A stretch of 64,000 nucleotides of DNA, taken from assembly GCA_036555455.1 (NCBI GenBank), contig DATBLI010000095.1, positions 84,687-148,686 of the forward strand, given 5' to 3'. Shown here in pieces: positions 59,766-64,000 of the stretch. A program made the position numbers and the translations under genes. The first letter of the stretch is position 1. Each line of letters begins with the position of its first letter. Source of the stretch: Thermoplasmata archaeon. GTDB taxonomy: Archaea; Thermoplasmatota; Thermoplasmata; RBG-16-68-12. The notes under the pieces were generated by a model. The model was not told the DNA's origin. It made no database searches and was given only the letters and a program-made list of their open reading frames with translations.

Positions 59766-60205
59766 AGGAGCTCGCGGCTGTACACGGTGCGGCCTTGGGT
59801 GCGGAAGCCCAGGGACTTCCAGAAGGCCGCCGCGGCCGTGTTCGTCGGGAGGACCTCCAAGTCGATGCGGTCCACATGCATCGCCCTCGCCTCCTCCAAG
59901 AGCTTCGTGGCGAGGGCGCGCCCGACACCCTTCCTCCGGGTGGCGGGGTCCACGAAGAAATCGTTGACGACGAGGACCCGGCCGAGCTCCGCGGAAGGCT
60001 GATACGCTGCGAGAGCGACGCCGAGGATCGATCGCTTGTCCCGGGCCACGAGGATCACCCCGGGGAAGCGGTTCTTCAGGATCTGGTCCACCGCCCAAGC
60101 GATCCGCTCCGGTTTCGGGGCGACGCCCTCGGAGGCGTGGTAGGCCGCGATGAGGTGCTCAACGTCGGGGCGGTCGGGAGGCACGGCGCGCTCGACGAGG
60201 ACCAT
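59762..60205 (-). CDS. GNAT-family acetyltransferase
   Basis: 'DFFVDPATRRKGVGRALATKLLEEA' and 'NTAAAAFWKSLGF'. Start at the internal ATG 60205 of ORF 59762..61162. Confidence 0.8.
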   Translation of the reverse strand: MVLVERAVPPDRPDVEHLIAAYHASEGVAPKPERIAWAVDQILKNRFPGVILVARDKRSILGVALAAYQPSAELGRVLVVNDFFVDPATRRKGVGRALATKLLEEARAMHVDRIDLEVLPTNTAAAAFWKSLGFRTQGRTVYSRELL

Positions 60206-60252
60206 CGGCCGCCTGCGAGTCCCGCCGTGCGTATAAGGATTACGAGTCGCTC

Positions 60253-61458
60253 TCAGAACAGGACAACCCGCACGAACTCGCCTTTCTCCAAAAGATCGAC
60301 GGTCGCGGGGATCTTGATGTAGCCGTCCGCGTGGGCCATCGACGTGATCGCCCCGCTCTCTTTGTAGGCGGGCACGGCTTGGCCTCCCGCGATCCGAACC
60401 GTGTGGAACTCCACGCGGCCCATCGCGCTGACGAGTCGCTTGGAGAGCGGCGCCTCGACGACGCGATCCACGGACGGCGGGAGCCGGGCCATGCGGCGAA
60501 GCATCGGGGCGAGGAGCAGGTAGCAGTTGCTGAGACAGGACGTTGGATAGCCGGGCATCCCAAGGACGGGCTTCCCGCTCACGCGTCCGAGGACCGTGGG
60601 CTTCCCTGGTTTCACCGCAATCCCGTGGAACAGGACCTCGCCGAGGGGCCGCAGGGCGTCGATGACCAGGTCCTTCTCCCCGACGCTCGAGCCGCCGCTG
60701 AACACGACGAGGTCCTCCTTGACGGCCCTCGTGAGCGCGGTCCTCAAGGGCCGCAGGCGGTCGGCGACCCGCCCGAGGAGGACGGGCTCGCCCCCGTGCT
60801 CTCGGACCACGCTCGCCATCGTGTTTGCGTTGATGTCGTACACTTGGCCCGGACGGATGGGCTTCCCCGGGGGGACGACCTCGTCCCCCGTGGTGAGAAT
60901 GGCCACGCGCGGCTTCGCGTACACGTCCACGCGGGCCCTCCCGACGGCCGCGAGGGCGCCGACTTTCGCGGGCGTCAACCACTCCCCACGGGCTACGACC
61001 ACGGAGCCCTTTGGGATGTCCGCCCCGCGGCGGGAGACGTTCTCCCGCGGGTGAACGGGACGGTAGACCTTCACGCGGTCTCCTTCCCTCTCCGTGTCCT
61101 CGACGATGACGACGGCATCTGCCCCGGGCGGGAGCGTCGAGCCTGTGGCGACCTCCGTGCATCCTCCGCGGGCCACCCTCTTTGCGGGCACGCCGTCCGC
61201 GTAGAGAGTCTCCCGGACCCGGAGGGTCACGGGCTTGAACTTGCCCGCGGGGAACATGTCCTTTGCGCGGACCGCATAGCCGTCCATCGCCGCGCGGTCG
61301 GCGATGGGCACGTCGATGGGCGCACGGACGTCCGCCGCGGACACCCGGCGAAGGGCCTCGAGGAGAGGGACCGCCTCCGTGCGCTCGAGGGGCGCGGCGA
61401 GGTCCATGGCCTTCCGGAGGGCCTCCTCGAGGGAGATCAGAGCCGTCAGAGGACGCAT
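60253..61458 (-). CDS. moeA: molybdopterin molybdenumtransferase MoeA
   Basis: 'AAMDGYAV', 'ATGSTLPPGADAVV', 'ILTTGDEVV', 'VVFSGGSSVGEKD', 'IAVKPGKP'. Start at ATG 61458. Confidence 0.9.
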   Translation of the reverse strand: MRPLTALISLEEALRKAMDLAAPLERTEAVPLLEALRRVSAADVRAPIDVPIADRAAMDGYAVRAKDMFPAGKFKPVTLRVRETLYADGVPAKRVARGGCTEVATGSTLPPGADAVVIVEDTEREGDRVKVYRPVHPRENVSRRGADIPKGSVVVARGEWLTPAKVGALAAVGRARVDVYAKPRVAILTTGDEVVPPGKPIRPGQVYDINANTMASVVREHGGEPVLLGRVADRLRPLRTALTRAVKEDLVVFSGGSSVGEKDLVIDALRPLGEVLFHGIAVKPGKPTVLGRVSGKPVLGMPGYPTSCLSNCYLLLAPMLRRMARLPPSVDRVVEAPLSKRLVSAMGRVEFHTVRIAGGQAVPAYKESGAITSMAHADGYIKIPATVDLLEKGEFVRVVLF

Positions 61459-61502
61459 CCCGCGGCCGTGGCGCTCGTCGCGGTCGTGATGTGCCTGAGC
61501 CG

Positions 61503-62054
61503 TCACCGGTTCATCAGCCCCACGGCATGTCCGAGCTCCGGAAGGATGAGCTTCTCCAAGGCCAGCCGGCAGCCGTCCGGCGAGCCGGGAAGGCAGAAGA
61601 CCAGCCGTCCATGGTACACGCCCGCGAGGGCCCCGGACATCATCGCCGCACTGCCGATTTCCTGGTAGGAGAGGGAACGGAAGAGCTCCCCAAAACCGGG
61701 GAGCCCGCGCTCGAACTGAGGTGCGAGTGTGGGGATCGTCACGTCCCGTCGCCCGAGGCCCGTGCCGCCGTTCGTGATCACGACGTCGCTCGTCCACGAC
61801 GCCTGCTCCACCGCGTCCGCGATCGCCTTCGCCTCGTCCACGACGACGACGTAGAACAGGACCGTGTGGCCCGCTTTCAGGAGGAGGTCCTTGATGAGCT
61901 TCCCCGACTCGTCCGTCTCCGCCGAGCGGGAATCCGAAATCGTCACGACGCCGCACTTCACGCTCGTGGGCGCGTGGGCCTTGTGTTCCTCGGGGGCAGT
62001 CAAGCGAGTGAGGAGAAGCGGCCCCAGGGGAAAAGGTTCTCGGCACCTGAACAT
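61503..62054 (-). CDS. moaB: molybdenum cofactor biosynthesis protein MoaB/MogA family
   Basis: 'VVTISDSRS', 'VVITNGGTGLGRRDVT', 'LPGSP'. The exact start is uncertain. Confidence 0.85.
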   Translation of the reverse strand: MFRCREPFPLGPLLLTRLTAPEEHKAHAPTSVKCGVVTISDSRSAETDESGKLIKDLLLKAGHTVLFYVVVVDEAKAIADAVEQASWTSDVVITNGGTGLGRRDVTIPTLAPQFERGLPGFGELFRSLSYQEIGSAAMMSGALAGVYHGRLVFCLPGSPDGCRLALEKLILPELGHAVGLMNR

Positions 62055-62063
62055 TGAGGCCCA

Positions 62064-62462
62064 TCACGGACTTGGACGATGTTGGAACAGCTCGATCCAG
62101 ATGCCGTCGGGATCCTGGACGTAGGCCCATTCCGAACTCGTGCTCTTCCGCCGGTAGGAGACCGTGGGGTGGCCGCGGGACTCGAGGTACGTGAGGGCCG
62201 CATCCAAGTCCTCCACCTCGAAGGCCACGTGGTCCAGCTCGTCGCCTTCGCGGTAGGGACCTGCCGCCGGACTGTCCGCCCCATACCAGTTCAGCTCGAG
62301 CCAATGCCCCGACGTCCCTCCCCCCACGATCGCGAACTCCCCGCGAGTTTCCGGAGCCGGGACGCGGCGAAGGAGAGACAGGCCCATGACCTCCGTGTAG
62401 AATCGGATGGAGCGATCGAGGTCTCGAACGCGGAGCCCCGTGTAGCGGAGGACGAAGCGCAT
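62064..62462 (-). CDS. VOC-family protein (glyoxalase I-like)
   Basis: 'LRVRDLDRSIRFYTEVMGL', 'HVAFEVEDLD', 'YVQDPDGIWIEL'. Confidence 0.8.
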   Translation of the reverse strand: MRFVLRYTGLRVRDLDRSIRFYTEVMGLSLLRRVPAPETRGEFAIVGGGTSGHWLELNWYGADSPAAGPYREGDELDHVAFEVEDLDAALTYLESRGHPTVSYRRKSTSSEWAYVQDPDGIWIELFQHRPSP

Positions 62463-62510
62463 GGGGCGACACTCGGTCACCGGAGCTTTAGGCCTTCCGA
62501 CGAGACGATG

Positions 62511-64000
62511 TCATCCCGCGCGGCCCACATAGGGCGCGACCCTCTCCGCGACGAGGGGGTCGTCGAGGGAGGAAACGAACGCCTCCCACGTGGCGAATGG
62601 ACGGGCGCGGACGATCCGAGCGGCCCGCTTCGCGCCGATTCCCGGGAGGGCCTCGATGGCTCGCATCGGCGCGCGGTTCAGGTTTAGGGGATACTCCAAC
62701 CCGGTAAGGGAGCGCTGGCCCTGGCTCGTCACCCGCACGTCAGTGAAGCGGTTCAGGCCCGCGTCGTAGGGAAGCCCGATGAGAATCGGGTACGTCCCAA
62801 TCTGCCGTCCGTAGGTCACATGCCCTTCGCGAATCTCGAGGTACACGTCCCGCAGCAACGTGCCCTCGGGGACCACGCGGCGCAGCATCTCGTGGTCGAA
62901 GCCCGTCCGCACGGCCTCCTTGAACTTCCGGAACTCTGCGTGGAGTCCCGTGGGCTCGAACGCCATCCGCACGGGGCGCACCTGGCGGATGTTCACGCGC
63001 CGCACCCACAGATCCTCCTCGAGGACCCGCCGGAGGAACGCGAGGTCCAAGTCGAAGGTCCTCTTCGTCTCGCCCGTCAGCCCGGCGACGAAGTTCAACC
63101 CGGGCAGGAGCCTCGGCAGGCCGCTCTCCCCCCGCTCCCGCCCGACCGCGTTGACCATGCGGATCGCCTCGAGGCAGCCCTCTGCGTCGATGTTCAGGTT
63201 GTTCGCCTCTGTGACCGCGGGATCCGCGGATTCGAGGCCGAAAGAGAGGAGGTTGCCCGGGCTCGTGTGCCGCACGAGGAGGCGCAAGCCCTCCATGGCC
63301 TCGCCCGGATGGGCGATCATCATCGCGGGGTCGCCATTGTCCGTGTGGAGGATTCTCAGGTTCGGCGCGGACTCGTGGATGCCGGCGAGGAGCTGGCGCA
63401 GCGCGGGCACGTTAATCTGCGGCGTGGGCGACGTCCCGAGCCCGATCGCCTGGTAGCTGAAGAAATCCGCCTGCCCTCCGAGGCGGAAGTTCACCGCCCC
63501 GAGCTCCGCGAGCCGCCGGACCTCCGCGAGGACGCCCTCCACGGGCCGGAACTTCGTGATCCCGTACTGCGGCTCGATGCAAAAGCTGCAGCCCCCGTTC
63601 ACGTAGCGCACGCAGCCCTTCGACGTGTCCAGCTCGACCGTGAGGGGTTCCGGGAAGTCTGGATGGGCGCGGATCACTTCGGCGCCGAGGAGGGCCCACC
63701 GGTCCCACTCCTCCATCGTGCGGTCGCGGTTCGTCCACTCCCCCGTGATGAGGAAGTCATGGAGGCACGCATCCACATCGCGCGTGGCTACGAAGTCGAA
63801 GGGTTCCACGAGGGCCTCGTCGAAGTAACGGAAGCGGGCGAGGGGCCCGCCGAAGAGCCGCGGGCCTTCGAACGCACTGGCATGACGAACGATTTCCTTC
63901 TCGCTGATTGGCAGCCCGCGGAGGTACTTGCCCGGGACGATGGGGCCGGAGATGAGGACGAGGAGGTCGCCCTTCACGGAGCGCCCACCGCGGACCTGGT
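62511..64000 (-). CDS. radical-SAM-type Fe-S enzyme with C-terminal helix-hairpin-helix (COG1031-like), 5' end possibly outside the window
   Basis: 'SKGCVRYVNGGCSFC' cluster and 'NFRLGGQADFFSY'. C-terminus 'RAIEALPGIGAKRAARIV'. A GTG at 63977 is possible, but the frame stays open to the window edge. Confidence 0.7.
   Translation of the reverse strand, partial: QVRGGRSVKGDLLVLISGPIVPGKYLRGLPISEKEIVRHASAFEGPRLFGGPLARFRYFDEALVEPFDFVATRDVDACLHDFLITGEWTNRDRTMEEWDRWALLGAEVIRAHPDFPEPLTVELDTSKGCVRYVNGGCSFCIEPQYGITKFRPVEGVLAEVRRLAELGAVNFRLGGQADFFSYQAIGLGTSPTPQINVPALRQLLAGIHESAPNLRILHTDNGDPAMMIAHPGEAMEGLRLLVRHTSPGNLLSFGLESADPAVTEANNLNIDAEGCLEAIRMVNAVGRERGESGLPRLLPGLNFVAGLTGETKRTFDLDLAFLRRVLEEDLWVRRVNIRQVRPVRMAFEPTGLHAEFRKFKEAVRTGFDHEMLRRVVPEGTLLRDVYLEIREGHVTYGRQIGTYPILIGLPYDAGLNRFTDVRVTSQGQRSLTGLEYPLNLNRAPMRAIEALPGIGAKRAARIVRARPFATWEAFVSSLDDPLVAERVAPYVGRAG

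Noticed and set aside
1-64000. CRISPR arrays, cas genes, or named defence systems
   Set aside because: I noticed no regularly spaced direct repeats and no Cas, restriction-modification or other defence signatures. HerA/NurA here sit in the canonical Mre11-Rad50 repair context, not a defence pairing. VapBC is the only toxin-antitoxin module.

Overview
GC-rich, densely packed archaeal chromosomal segment. The gene content looks euryarchaeal or Thermoplasmatota-like, but the lineage cannot be fixed without a database search. I support about 70 protein genes. Many sit in operons with 4-nt start/stop overlaps, and many start about 27-31 nt downstream of a TATA-like box, so they look leaderless. 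I saw no rRNA, tRNA, CRISPR array, transposase or integrase by eye.

Gene content from left to right:
- orc1/cdc6, two tandem DUF835 genes, a RecJ/Cdc45-family DHH nuclease, and rps15
- fibrillarin (flpA) with no adjacent nop5
- three tandem TPR genes
- GNAT, IscA and a FrhB-like gene
- pstSCAB-phoU plus a divergent AbrB-PhoU regulator
- trpG/pabA and a CBS-domain gene
- a complete archaeal ADH-route shikimate operon: aroA', aroB', fused aroD-aroE, GHMP-type aroK, aroA, aroC
- a degenerate FtsZ/tubulin-like gene, an FAD oxidoreductase, and nep1
- mre11-rad50-nurA-herA, a membrane protein with a polyproline tail, and an inactivated RadA/RadB-like gene
- LysE, a TIM-barrel isomerase, and a nucleotidyltransferase
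- vapBC, a GNAT gene, and a degenerate family-B DNA polymerase, all on one strand
- xseAB, pyrE and carS
- a zig-zag cluster of three KaiC-like ATPases with an unusual GxxG[TS]MKT P-loop, ending at sepF
- FNR-like reductase, a PUA protein, another large TPR gene, egsA, a RIO kinase, UPF0179, GNAT, moeA, moaB, a glyoxalase, and a partial radical-SAM/HhH gene

The candidates I consider most worth following up are:
- the KaiC-like triad next to SepF
- the Walker-A/B-less RadA-like gene after the DSB-repair operon
- the hook-less Rad50
- the degenerate PolB coupled to vapBC-GNAT
- the motif-degenerate FtsZ-like protein

All functional calls rest on motif and sequence recognition by eye. No searches or computations were run.
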